From Parachlamydiales bacterium (GTDB taxonomy: Bacteria; Chlamydiota; Chlamydiia; Chlamydiales; SM23-39): a DNA stretch of 64,000 bases. Positions 46,065 to 56,099 of this stretch are shown here, in pieces; within the stretch, counting starts at the first letter, position 1; each line of letters opens with the position of its first letter. The DNA lies in NCBI GenBank assembly GCA_016931275.1, contig JAFGFA010000007.1, positions 52,321 to 116,320 on the forward strand, written 5' to 3'. Position numbers and translations under genes: made by a program. The notes below the pieces were generated by a model. It saw only the letters and a list, made by a program, of their open reading frames with translations, was not told the origin of the DNA and did not search any database.

Positions 46065-47656
46065 AATATATATTTATCACCGGAGGCGTTATTTCATCGC
46101 TCGGCAAAGGCTTAGCGGCAGCTTCTCTGGCAAAATTACTAGAATCGAGAGGAATCAAAATTGCCATGCTGAAACTCGATCCTTATCTTAATGTAGATCC
46201 CGGCACTATGAGTCCCTTTCAACATGGAGAAGTGTATGTAACGGACGACGGCACTGAAACAGATCTCGATTTAGGACATTATTTTCGTTTTACCAATTCT
46301 CCCCTTTCTTCACACTCAAATACAACCACCGGCCAAATATACGAAGCGGTTATCCAAAAAGAGCGGAATGGAGATTTTTTAGGAAAAACTGTACAAGTCA
46401 TTCCCCATATTACCGATGAAATCAAACAGAGAATCTATGCTTGTGCCTCCCAAGAAAAAGATATTCAAGTGCTCTTTGTAGAAATCGGAGGTACTGTCGG
46501 AGATATTGAATCCCTTCCTTTTCTGGAAGCTATACGACAATTCCGTTATGATCATCCGCAAGATTGCATCAACATTCACCTCACCTATGTTCCTTATATT
46601 CAAGCTGCCGGAGAGATGAAAACAAAGCCTACCCAACATTCTGTACAAATGCTGCGCGAGATTGGCATAATCCCCGATATCATACTATGCCGATGCGATA
46701 AACCGCTTTCAGCAGAGATAAAAAATAAAATTTCCCTTTTTTGCAGTGTCAATAAAAATGCCGTTTTTGAGGCCATCGATGTACAAAATACCATATATGA
46801 AGTCCCTCTTTTATTTGCTCAAAAGGGGATCGATGAAATGCTTTGTGAAAAACTGTCGTTAAAATGTCACCGTAGAGACTTAAAGAAATGGGAAAAAATG
46901 GTCGACAAAATGTTTCACCCCAAGGGAAAGGTTACGGTAGCTATTGTGGGGAAATATCTTGACCATCAGGATGCTTATAAGTCTGTTTTTGAAGCCCTTC
47001 AGCATGCAGCGACCCATTTTAATAGAGAGCTTATTATTAAAAAAATTGAATCTGATAAAAATGTCCATTTAAAGAAAGAGCTGCTTCAATGCGATGGATG
47101 CCTTGTTCCAGGAGGATTTGGAGAACGGGGATGGGAAGGAAAAATTGAGGCAGCCACCATCTGTCGCACTAAAAATATCCCTTTTTTTGGAATTTGTCTT
47201 GGCCTTCATGTGATGATTGTCGAATTTGCTCGCAAAGTTCTTCATTATGCAGAAGCTAATTCGACTGAATTTGATCCTTCTACCTCTTTTCCTGTTATCG
47301 CTTTATTAGAAGAACAAAAAAAGATTAAGGGATTAGGAGGTTCTATGCGTTTAGGAGCCTATCCCTGCTCATTAAAAAAATCTTCCAAGGCTTTTAAGGC
47401 ATACAATAAAACAACTATTTCAGAAAGACACCGCCATCGTTACGAATTCAATAATGAATATAAAGAAGCTTTCGAAAAAAAAGGCATGGTTTTTTCAGGC
47501 ATCTTTAAGAAAGATGAATTATGTGAAATCGTCGAAATCAAAAATCATCCATGGATGCTCGGTGTACAATTTCATCCGGAATTCCAATCAAAACCCATTT
47601 CCTGCCACCCTCTATTTCTAGCTTTTGTACAAGCGATGATCAAGGCAAAATCATAG
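46055..47656 (+). CDS. pyrG: CTP synthase
   Basis: KYIFITGGVISSLGKG, IEIGGTVGDIESLPFLEA, and the glutaminase domain GICLGLH...QFHPEF. Confidence 0.97.
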   Translation: MPIKYIFITGGVISSLGKGLAAASLAKLLESRGIKIAMLKLDPYLNVDPGTMSPFQHGEVYVTDDGTETDLDLGHYFRFTNSPLSSHSNTTTGQIYEAVIQKERNGDFLGKTVQVIPHITDEIKQRIYACASQEKDIQVLFVEIGGTVGDIESLPFLEAIRQFRYDHPQDCINIHLTYVPYIQAAGEMKTKPTQHSVQMLREIGIIPDIILCRCDKPLSAEIKNKISLFCSVNKNAVFEAIDVQNTIYEVPLLFAQKGIDEMLCEKLSLKCHRRDLKKWEKMVDKMFHPKGKVTVAIVGKYLDHQDAYKSVFEALQHAATHFNRELIIKKIESDKNVHLKKELLQCDGCLVPGGFGERGWEGKIEAATICRTKNIPFFGICLGLHVMIVEFARKVLHYAEANSTEFDPSTSFPVIALLEEQKKIKGLGGSMRLGAYPCSLKKSSKAFKAYNKTTISERHRHRYEFNNEYKEAFEKKGMVFSGIFKKDELCEIVEIKNHPWMLGVQFHPEFQSKPISCHPLFLAFVQAMIKAKS

Positions 47657-47662
47657 AACCAT

Positions 47663-48088
47663 ATGGGAAGAATTGCGGCTGTCGATTTTGGAACTGTGCG
47701 TATTGGGCTGGCTCTAACTGACAGCTCGGGTATTATAGCAATGCCCTTTAAAACTATTGAAACTAAAAAGACGCTGGAACTAACGGCAGAAAATATTCTC
47801 CTTCATTTATCTCCTTATATGCATGAAATGGAAAAAATTATTATTGGCTTTCCCCTTCTTATGAATGGTACGGAAGGAGAAATGGCACAAAAGACAAAAG
47901 ATTTAAAAATCCAGTTGGAAAAGAAAATCTCCCTTCCTATTATTTTAGTTGACGAACGTCTCACAACCGCTCAAGCAGAAAAAGATTTAAAAGAAAAAAA
48001 AATCTCGAGGAAAAAAAGAAAAAAAATCATTGATCCTATTGCAGCTTGTCTTTTATTAGGTAATTATTTAGAAAAAGAAAATTTATGA
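47663..48088 (+). CDS. ruvX: Holliday junction resolvase-like nuclease RuvX/YqgF
   Basis: GRIAAVDFGTVRIGLALTD and VDERLTTAQAE are YqgF family motifs. Confidence 0.88.
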   Translation: MGRIAAVDFGTVRIGLALTDSSGIIAMPFKTIETKKTLELTAENILLHLSPYMHEMEKIIIGFPLLMNGTEGEMAQKTKDLKIQLEKKISLPIILVDERLTTAQAEKDLKEKKISRKKRKKIIDPIAACLLLGNYLEKENL

Positions 48089-49104
48089 AACCAATGCTCT
48101 TAGATGAGTTGTATCAAATTCTAAAAAATGTCCGTGTCGATAATCCCATATGCCAATATACCCCGCAAAAATGTGCGCTTCTTCTACCTTATATCAACAA
48201 AATTAGAGCCTTAAAAGAAAAAAACAATGCTTTGGTATTAGCGCATTCTTATGTCCATTCCGATATAATTTATGGTGTTGCCGACCATTCCGGTGATTCT
48301 TATGAACTTGCAAAAATAGCAAAAGAAACGGATTCTTCCATCATTCTCTTTGCTGGGGTGAGATTTATGGCAGAAACCGCAAAAATTTTAAATCCTCATA
48401 AATGCGTGATTGACCCCAATCCTAACAGTTCCTGCACTCTTGCGGATAGCATCACCGAAGAGGATGTGCACCGGTTACGAGAAAAATATCCTCATCATAC
48501 CTTTGTTTGCTATATCAACACATCTGCCGGTATAAAAGCTCTTTGTGATGTCTGCGTCACCTCTTCTAATGTCTATACCGTTGTCGCAAAAATTCCCAAT
48601 GATAAAATTTTCTTTTTACCCGATCGATATATGGGAGAAAACGTAAAACAGTATCTACAAGAATCAAAAATCGATAAACAATTCCTCTATTATCACGGAA
48701 AGTGCGACGTCCATGAAAAATACGAAAGCGCGCATATCGATCTCATCAAAAATAATCATCCCCATACCATGGTCATTGCGCACCCCGAATGTAAAAAAGA
48801 AGTCGTCCAAAAAGCCGATATGGTTGGATCGACATCACAAATGATGCGTTACGTACAACAACACCCCCATAAAGATTACCTGATCCTTACCGAATGCGGC
48901 ATCTCTTCTCGTATACAAATAGAAAATCCTCAGGCCAATATCGTGGGAACATGTATGCTCTGTTCCTTTATGCGAGCCAATTCTCTGCCGGCCATTATAT
49001 CTGCTCTTGAGAATCCATCTCCTTCCCAAATAATAGAGATCGACAAAAATATCCTTATAAGGGCAAAAACATGTATAGATGCGATGTTTAGTTATGGATC
49101 TTGA
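48085..49104 (+). CDS. nadA: quinolinate synthase
   Basis: NALVLAHSYVHSDIIYGVADHSGDSYELA, GVRFMAETAKILNP and conserved Cys ligand positions (CTLAD, PECKKE, CSFM). Confidence 0.9.
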   Translation: MKPMLLDELYQILKNVRVDNPICQYTPQKCALLLPYINKIRALKEKNNALVLAHSYVHSDIIYGVADHSGDSYELAKIAKETDSSIILFAGVRFMAETAKILNPHKCVIDPNPNSSCTLADSITEEDVHRLREKYPHHTFVCYINTSAGIKALCDVCVTSSNVYTVVAKIPNDKIFFLPDRYMGENVKQYLQESKIDKQFLYYHGKCDVHEKYESAHIDLIKNNHPHTMVIAHPECKKEVVQKADMVGSTSQMMRYVQQHPHKDYLILTECGISSRIQIENPQANIVGTCMLCSFMRANSLPAIISALENPSPSQIIEIDKNILIRAKTCIDAMFSYGS

Positions 49105-50632
49105 AAACACTTTTATTCTTGAAGAACCCGGGCGAGGAAAAAAATTTGCAGACCCTTGTATTCTTGTCATATTTGGCGCAACAGGCGATTTGACACATAA
49201 AAAGCTGTTTCCGGCTTTATATAATCTAGGGGTTGAGGGATTGCTCCCATCGAATTTTGCTATCGTTTCTTTTGCTCGACGAGACAAAAAGAAAACGTTT
49301 CATGAAGAAATCCGAAAATGTATTGAAAGCCACACACGCCTAAAACCATTTAATCCTTTATTTTGGGATCATTTTCGCCAACAAATTGTGTATCATCAAG
49401 CAAGCCTTGATGACGATCTGGGATATCAAAGCCTAAAAGACCTTTTATCTGAATTAGATTTTACTTTCAAGACACGGCAAAACAGAATTTTTTATCTGGC
49501 AACCCCGCCGAAATATTTCCCTATTGTCATAGAAAAACTTGCGAAAAACGGTCTTATCTACGATTCAAAGCAAGAATCGGAAAAATGGTCTCGCGTGATT
49601 ATTGAAAAACCCTTTGGACGGGATCTCATGTCGGCAAAAAAATTGCAAAAACATCTCTCGCAATTTTTAGAAGAAGATCAGATTTATAGAATCGATCATT
49701 ACCTCGGTAAAGAAACAGTACAAAACCTATTGGTTTTTCGTTTTACCAATCCCATTATTGAATCTCTATGGAATCATCGCCACATCGATCATGTTCAAAT
49801 TACCGTTGCCGAAAAAAATGGCATCAATACCAGAGGACATTTTTTTGACGAACAGGGCATTATTCGCGACGTTATGCAAAATCATCTTATGCAGCTTCTC
49901 GCTCTTATTGCTATGGAAGTTCCTCACGATCTTTCCTCTAAAGCGATCCGAAAAGAAAAAGTACGCATTATGAAATCCATCTGCTGTCCTAGAAAAAAAC
50001 TGATTCGCGACAACATTGTCATTGGCCAATATGATGAAGGGTATATCGATGGACATAAGGTTCCTTCCTACCGAGAGGAAAGCGACATACCTCCCTATTC
50101 TACCACAGAGACTTATTGTGCCCTCAAATTGAAAATTCCTACAAAACGATGGAAAAACGTCTCCTTTTACTTACGAGTCGGAAAACGCCTTCCCAAAAGA
50201 ACAACAGAGATTGCCATTGTTTTTAAAAAATTTGAATGTACTATTTTTGATCGGGACACGATGACTTCGTCCAACGTCTTAACTTTGAGAATACAGCCCG
50301 ATGAGGGCATAGCCTTGAAAATTAATGCAAAGGTTCCCGGGCAAAATAATATTATCCAATCTGTCATGATGGATTTTAAGTATGGATCCTATTTCGGTCA
50401 TACTCCGCCAGATGCTTATGAACGTCTTTTACTGGACTGCATGCTTGGGGACAACTCTCTTTTTATCGGAAATGAGGAAGTAATGCATGCGTGGCGGGTT
50501 TTCACCCCTATTTTGCGCTATCTTTCTCAAAATCCGTCTAAAATATTTCCCAATTATCACGCAGGCTGTTGGGGCCCCAAAGAAGCCGATGATCTTATAG
50601 AAAAAGATAAGCGCAAATGGCGGATGATATAG
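49079..50632 (+). CDS. zwf: glucose-6-phosphate 1-dehydrogenase
   Basis: VIFGATGDLTHKKLFPALYNL, RIDHYLGKE and the EKPFG motif. Alternative start at Met6 (49094). Confidence 0.95.
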   Translation: MRCLVMDLENTFILEEPGRGKKFADPCILVIFGATGDLTHKKLFPALYNLGVEGLLPSNFAIVSFARRDKKKTFHEEIRKCIESHTRLKPFNPLFWDHFRQQIVYHQASLDDDLGYQSLKDLLSELDFTFKTRQNRIFYLATPPKYFPIVIEKLAKNGLIYDSKQESEKWSRVIIEKPFGRDLMSAKKLQKHLSQFLEEDQIYRIDHYLGKETVQNLLVFRFTNPIIESLWNHRHIDHVQITVAEKNGINTRGHFFDEQGIIRDVMQNHLMQLLALIAMEVPHDLSSKAIRKEKVRIMKSICCPRKKLIRDNIVIGQYDEGYIDGHKVPSYREESDIPPYSTTETYCALKLKIPTKRWKNVSFYLRVGKRLPKRTTEIAIVFKKFECTIFDRDTMTSSNVLTLRIQPDEGIALKINAKVPGQNNIIQSVMMDFKYGSYFGHTPPDAYERLLLDCMLGDNSLFIGNEEVMHAWRVFTPILRYLSQNPSKIFPNYHAGCWGPKEADDLIEKDKRKWRMI

Positions 50633-51699
50633 CAATGAACACAATAACGGTTTCCTGTGATCTCATTGAAAAGGAATTAAGTAATCTTTGGAACAAAGAA
50701 TCTCCTCAAAAAACTAAAGCCTCTCTTTTCACGCTTGTCCTTTTTTCTGCTAATTCTTCTAGAGAACCCTATCTTCACGACATCATCCATGCCGTCATAG
50801 AGCATTTTCCATGTCGCATCATTTTTATCTCTTTTGGTCATGAAACATTAGAATCTCAAATTTCACTGATGTCTCCTAAAAACCATCTTTTTGCCTGTGA
50901 TTATATTCATTTTACTCTTCCTTCCAAAGACCTAAATCTTTTTCTGTATTTGATACATCCTCATTTAATTCCCGATTTACCCTCTTATTTATTATGGGGA
51001 GCCGATTTAAAGACCTATTTAGCGATGCCCTCTTTAAAATCACTTTTTCACCGGATCATTTTTGATTCAGAGTTCTCTCCCAATCTACCTCATTTTGCCT
51101 CTACTCTCTTGCACACGTATAAAAAAGAACAAATCGAAATAGGGGATCTTAATTGGGCGCGTATAGAGAATTGGCGCAATCTTTTTTCTATGGTCTTTTC
51201 CAAAAATCAAGAAAACTTAAAAAATATACATTCGATAAAAATTGTCTACAATTCTCTGGAAAATCAATATTTCTGTTATACTACTATAAAATCTATCTAT
51301 CTTCAGGCTTGGCTTGCCACCCGTCTTCATTGGGATTTACAAGAAATCAAAAAAAAAGAGGGAAATCTATCTTTTTCCTATCGGGGAAAAAAGTTCCCTA
51401 TCCTTATAGAAATCATTCCTCAAGAAATTTCTCCGATAACCAGCGGTTCCATCTATTCTGTGAAAATACAAACCAATCATAATAAAGAATTTCTTTTTCA
51501 AAGGGACAGAAATGACCTCTCGCAAATTCGTATAGATATTTCGACAGCACATCATTGCGAAACGCCCTATTTTCATAACTTTGAGCAAGGAAAAAGAGGA
51601 TATTCCCTTGTAAAAGAAATCTACTATCAAAAAATAAGCCCGCATTTTCTCGATTTATTAGAATACCTTCAAAAAATGAACCAAGGCAATATATGTTGA
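50617..51699 (+). CDS. OpcA-like protein (putative G6PD assembly/effector protein)
   Basis: It sits between zwf and pgl, with 16-nt and 7-nt overlaps. The N-terminal pattern IEKELSNLWNK....TKASLFTLVLFS......HFPCRIIFI resembles OpcA (IE.EL..LW...RA...NLVV...HPSRAIV). The call rests on weak motif and context evidence only. Confidence 0.5.
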   Translation: MADDIAMNTITVSCDLIEKELSNLWNKESPQKTKASLFTLVLFSANSSREPYLHDIIHAVIEHFPCRIIFISFGHETLESQISLMSPKNHLFACDYIHFTLPSKDLNLFLYLIHPHLIPDLPSYLLWGADLKTYLAMPSLKSLFHRIIFDSEFSPNLPHFASTLLHTYKKEQIEIGDLNWARIENWRNLFSMVFSKNQENLKNIHSIKIVYNSLENQYFCYTTIKSIYLQAWLATRLHWDLQEIKKKEGNLSFSYRGKKFPILIEIIPQEISPITSGSIYSVKIQTNHNKEFLFQRDRNDLSQIRIDISTAHHCETPYFHNFEQGKRGYSLVKEIYYQKISPHFLDLLEYLQKMNQGNIC

Positions 51700-52430
51700 A
51701 CGCTTATATGCAGTCCTGGGATGAAAATAAAGATTTAGTAATTCCCGGGGATGCCAAGGATACTATTACATTTGTTTTCAATTATCTCGTAAACATCTGC
51801 CAACAATCCATCCAAGATCACGATTTCTTTTCAGTGGCCCTTTCAGGAGGAATTACTCCCCTTCCCCTTTTTGATAAAATCAGGCAAGAACCGATGGCTT
51901 TTAACTGGGAAAAAATAAAAATTTTTTGGAGCGATGAACGAGTGGTAGCGCCCACAAGTGCTAAAAGCAACTATTTTCAAGCTATGAATCACTGTTTTTC
52001 CCATGTTCCTATTCCTCAAAAAAATATATTTCCAATACCCACAGACTCAGACCTCGAAATAGCCGTCAAAAAATATCAGAAAACGATCAAAAATATTCTT
52101 GGAAAGTCTCTTTTTGATCTCGTTTTACTAGGCCTTGGAGAAGATGGTCATACGGCCTCTTTATTTCCCCAGGCGCCGGCTCTTCTAGAACAAAAAGCCC
52201 TTGTGACAACAGCACAAAACAATAGCATGCAGCGTATTACTCTAACCCTTCCTTGTATCAATCACAGTCAAAAGGCGTGTCTTTTAATCCTAGGAGAATC
52301 GAAAAGCGATATTGTCAAAAAAATACTAGTAGACAAAGAGAATTTACCAGCCCAAAAGATCGGAACCCCTGATAAAAAAGCTCTATGGATATGCGATAGA
52401 CAAGCCGCAGAGAAAATCATGCGTTTCTAG
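51693..52430 (+). CDS. pgl: 6-phosphogluconolactonase
   Basis: ALSGGITPLPLF, WSDERVV and LLGLGEDGHTASLFP motifs. Confidence 0.9.
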   Translation: MLNAYMQSWDENKDLVIPGDAKDTITFVFNYLVNICQQSIQDHDFFSVALSGGITPLPLFDKIRQEPMAFNWEKIKIFWSDERVVAPTSAKSNYFQAMNHCFSHVPIPQKNIFPIPTDSDLEIAVKKYQKTIKNILGKSLFDLVLLGLGEDGHTASLFPQAPALLEQKALVTTAQNNSMQRITLTLPCINHSQKACLLILGESKSDIVKKILVDKENLPAQKIGTPDKKALWICDRQAAEKIMRF

Positions 52431-52499
52431 TCCTTAAAGAATTCTCCTTGCTCTTGCAAATACTGTTTATTTATAATAGATAAAATCCTCAAGGAAACC

Positions 52500-53525
52500 A
52501 TGTATATTTTAGGAGTAGAAACAACCTGCGATGAAACAGCGGCCAGTATTGTTCGCGATGGAGAAACTATTTTATCCAATGTTATTGCAAGCCAGGCCGA
52601 ACTTCATAAAAAGTTTGGAGGAGTTTTTCCTGAATTGGCTTCTAGAACTCATATAGAAAATATTATTCCAGTCATCGATTCGGCAATTCGAAATGCATCC
52701 ATAACAGAAAAGGAGATTGATCTTATCGCCGTTGCCAATACTCCCGGCCTCATAGGATCTCTACAAATCGGTATTAATACAGCAAAAGCGCTAGCGCTAG
52801 CTTGGGGAAAACCCCTTATCGGCATTAATCATGTAGAAGCCCATCTCTACGCTTCGATGATGTCTCATCTTAAAAATCTTCTCTTTCCAGCTATAGGCGT
52901 TGTCCTATCGGGGGGACATACCATGCTTTTGAAGATTGAAAGTATCGGATGCTATCATACAATAGCCTCTACCATTGATGACTCTATTGGAGAAGCTTTT
53001 GATAAGGTCGCCACAATATTGGATTTTAGCTATCCAGGAGGGCCAGAAATTGAACAAAAAGCTCATTTAGGAGATATTCATTCTTATCGATTTCAAGTGG
53101 GAACGGACGAAAAAGCTCCTTTAAATTTTTCTTATAGTGGTATTAAGACTAAAGTCTTATACACAGTCAAAGGGCAAAAAGCAAACCGCTTTTCGACAAC
53201 CCTTATCGATGAAAGTCAAAAAGTTCATATCGCAGCCTCTTTTCAGCACACGGTATTTCAAGATCTTATAAAAAAAACCCTTCTTGCAGCGGATCAATAT
53301 CAAGCAAAAGCACTGTATTTTGGAGGCGGAGTTACCAATAATCAAACTCTAAAAAAAATGTTTACTGAAAAAAATACCGACTATCCAATGTTCTGGCCTT
53401 CTCCGGGTCTTAGCTTAGATAATGCCGCTATGATTGCCGGACTTGCCTATCACAAATACCTTGCAAACCCTGATCATCCTGATATTTTTGATATATTTCC
53501 CGAACCTCGCATGAAAATGGTTTGA
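52500..53525 (+). CDS. tsaD: tRNA N6-adenosine threonylcarbamoyltransferase
   Basis: ILGVETTCDETAASIV, INHVEAHL and GGVTNN motifs of Kae1/TsaD. Confidence 0.93.
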   Translation: MYILGVETTCDETAASIVRDGETILSNVIASQAELHKKFGGVFPELASRTHIENIIPVIDSAIRNASITEKEIDLIAVANTPGLIGSLQIGINTAKALALAWGKPLIGINHVEAHLYASMMSHLKNLLFPAIGVVLSGGHTMLLKIESIGCYHTIASTIDDSIGEAFDKVATILDFSYPGGPEIEQKAHLGDIHSYRFQVGTDEKAPLNFSYSGIKTKVLYTVKGQKANRFSTTLIDESQKVHIAASFQHTVFQDLIKKTLLAADQYQAKALYFGGGVTNNQTLKKMFTEKNTDYPMFWPSPGLSLDNAAMIAGLAYHKYLANPDHPDIFDIFPEPRMKMV

Positions 53526-53576
53526 TTGATATAGGCATCTTGCTTAAAATTATAGAATACAATAAGGATTTGACCT

Positions 53577-53738
53577 ATGGCAAAAAAAGGAAATAGAGAA
53601 ATTATAAAACTTAAAAGTTCAGAAAGTAAGCAGTGTTATTGGACTACCAAAAACAAAAAAAACAGCACTGAACGCTTAGAATTAAAAAAATACGACAAAT
53701 CTATAAAACGACATGTGATTTTTAAAGAAGCAAAATAA
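53577..53738 (+). CDS. rpmG: 50S ribosomal protein L33
   Basis: A 53-codon ORF absent from the supplied track because it is under 60 aa: [53 protein letters not shown]. It has typical L33 length and KKY.....H..FKE ending. The stop abuts the next gene's ATG. Confidence 0.9.
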   Translation: MAKKGNREIIKLKSSESKQCYWTTKNKKNSTERLELKKYDKSIKRHVIFKEAK

Positions 53739-55205
53739 ATGTATGAACTTTTTTTTGCTGTTAAATATCTAATACCTCGAAAAAATTCTCTTTCGACTGC
53801 TCTGATTTCAATCATTTCTGTTTTTATTATTTCATTGGTAGTTTGGTTGGTACTAGTTTTTTTATCGGTTACATCAGGCATGGAAAAGGCTTGGCTTGAA
53901 AAGCTGACCTCCTTCAACGCTCCTCTACGGATTACCCCGACGGCTCGATATTTTCACTCATATTTTTATCAAATCGACAAATTCTCTCATGCTTCAAATT
54001 TTTCTTTAAAAACATTGAAAGAAAAAATCACATCTTCTGTTAACCCCTATGATGTCGATAAAGACACCCCTCTTCCAACATCTTTCCCTGCTATCGACTT
54101 ACACTCCAATAACCTCCCTATCAATCCCGTTCAAGAACTCATCGATATTTTAAAAGAAAAAAATGTGTTATATGATCCTTATGAAATGAGTGCAGCCCTT
54201 TTGCGTCTGCAAATCAACAGAAAAACTAATTCCAGTGTCCTTTCGCAAATGAGCTACTTGATCTCGTTTTGCCCCAACAATCCCCATTATCACAAGCTTG
54301 AAATAACCACCGAAAATTTACAGGATTCTTTTTTTGTACAAGATTCGGCAACTCTTGATAAAATTCCTGTCTTTCTACCTAAGCCTCTCCAAAAAAATGG
54401 GGCCTGTATAGGAGATGAGGGCTCCCTTCAATTTCTAACAAAGAGTTTTGGTTCTGTTCAAGAACAGTCTTTGCCTATATATGTTCTGGGATTTTACGAT
54501 CCCGGTGTTTTTCCTGTCGGTTCCAGAGCCTTGATCGTTCCCTATAAAATTTCAGCTCTCATCAATACTTCTTCTTCCTTTTTTTCCACCGACGGAACTC
54601 CCTCATCCGGGTTTTATGTGTGGCCTAAAAAAGTTTTGGATGTAAAAAAGCTGAAAATGCACCTGCAAAAGGCTCTCGCAAATAAAGAAATTGCTCCATT
54701 TTGGACCATAACGACATTTCATGATTACGAATTTTCCAAAGAATTAATGCAGCAATTTCAAAGCGATCGAACACTGTTGACAATCATCGCTACTATCATT
54801 CTCATCGTCGCTTGTTCTAATATCATTTCTCTCCTTATCTTGCTCGTCAACGATAAAAAGAAAGAGATAGCTCTCTTGCAAGCAATAGGAGCTCCTAAAA
54901 AAAATATCGTCTTTATATTTGGCCTTTGCGGCATTACCATGGGCCTTGTAAGCACCATGATAGGAACCATTACAGCTATTATAACATTACGTCATATTGA
55001 TCGTCTTGCCAATTTTATCAGTTCTCTCCAAGGCCATGACCTGTTCCACGCCTCATTTTTCGGAGCTCATCTCCCATCGGAACTAACAACGAATGCTCTC
55101 TTATTTATCCTTCTATGTACCCCTCTTATTGCTCTTGTTGCAGGAATTATTCCAGCCTGGCGAGCCAGTAAGATATCCCCCTCAGCAACATTGAGGAGCC
55201 AATGA
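53739..55205 (+). CDS. ABC transporter permease, LolC/E (FtsX/MacB-type) family
   Basis: N-terminal TM segment, a large periplasmic domain, and a C-terminal FtsX module (LLQAIGAPKKNI..., three TM segments). Translationally coupled to the ATPase (ATGA overlap). Confidence 0.8.
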   Translation: MYELFFAVKYLIPRKNSLSTALISIISVFIISLVVWLVLVFLSVTSGMEKAWLEKLTSFNAPLRITPTARYFHSYFYQIDKFSHASNFSLKTLKEKITSSVNPYDVDKDTPLPTSFPAIDLHSNNLPINPVQELIDILKEKNVLYDPYEMSAALLRLQINRKTNSSVLSQMSYLISFCPNNPHYHKLEITTENLQDSFFVQDSATLDKIPVFLPKPLQKNGACIGDEGSLQFLTKSFGSVQEQSLPIYVLGFYDPGVFPVGSRALIVPYKISALINTSSSFFSTDGTPSSGFYVWPKKVLDVKKLKMHLQKALANKEIAPFWTITTFHDYEFSKELMQQFQSDRTLLTIIATIILIVACSNIISLLILLVNDKKKEIALLQAIGAPKKNIVFIFGLCGITMGLVSTMIGTITAIITLRHIDRLANFISSLQGHDLFHASFFGAHLPSELTTNALLFILLCTPLIALVAGIIPAWRASKISPSATLRSQ

Positions 55206-55885
55206 AAGCTCTTTTAGAAGCAAAAAACATTTCTAAAGCCTACCCGTCAAGTCTCGTTTTGCAAAATGTTTCGCTCTCCTTGTTTCCACATGCTTCTTAT
55301 GCTATTATGGGAGCCTCCGGTGAGGGTAAAACAACCCTTTTACATATTTTAGGAGGACTGGAAAAGCCCGATCAAGGCATCATTACCTTTCAAGAACGTC
55401 CCATTGAGTCTCTTCCTCTCACTAAATACAGAAACAGTCATATAGGATTTATTTTTCAATCGTTTAACCTTTTAGAAGACCTTTCGGTGATGGACAACGT
55501 ACTTCTTCCCTTTCGCGTTGCCCGCCATCCCATTGCAAAAGACTCTCCTTCCTATAATCAAGCAAAGAAGTTGCTCCAAGAAGTGGGACTTTCCTCTCAT
55601 ATGAATAAATTAACAAAATATCTTTCAGGGGGGGAAAAACAAAGAGCCGCCATTGCTCGCGCTTTTTGCCATAATCCTGATATTATTTTGGCCGACGAGC
55701 CCTCGGGGAATCTCGACCATCACAATTCTGCTATAATTCATGAGCTTCTCCTATCATTTTCCCGCCAAAAAGGAAAAACACTTGTCATCGTTACCCATGA
55801 TCGAGAATTGGCTGCTTTATGTGATACAATTCTTATCTTATCGGAGGGTAAACTTCTTCAAGAAAAAAATAAACTCAAGAGTTGA
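55202..55885 (+). CDS. lolD: ABC transporter ATP-binding protein, LolD-like
   Basis: Walker A GASGEGKTT, signature LSGGEKQR, Walker B ILADEPSGNLD. Confidence 0.85.
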   Translation: MKALLEAKNISKAYPSSLVLQNVSLSLFPHASYAIMGASGEGKTTLLHILGGLEKPDQGIITFQERPIESLPLTKYRNSHIGFIFQSFNLLEDLSVMDNVLLPFRVARHPIAKDSPSYNQAKKLLQEVGLSSHMNKLTKYLSGGEKQRAAIARAFCHNPDIILADEPSGNLDHHNSAIIHELLLSFSRQKGKTLVIVTHDRELAALCDTILILSEGKLLQEKNKLKS

Positions 55886-56099
55886 TTCTTGCATTTGTTC
55901 TGAGTTACACTCAATACGTCCAAATTATGAGAATTTTCGGAAAATATCTATATAGTCATAAAAATATACATATAATTTTTTTTTGAAGTTATTGAGCAGC
56001 AACCTTTAATTTCGACCTGCACATAAAAATTGAATATAATTTGATAAAAGGATTATAATTTTTAATTATTATCTATTAGATAACTGAAAGAGAATAAAA

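Noticed and set aside
48835-49287. 150-aa minus-strand ORF spanning the nadA/zwf junction
   Set aside because: It is antisense to two well-supported genes, and no motif was recognised. It was treated as spurious.
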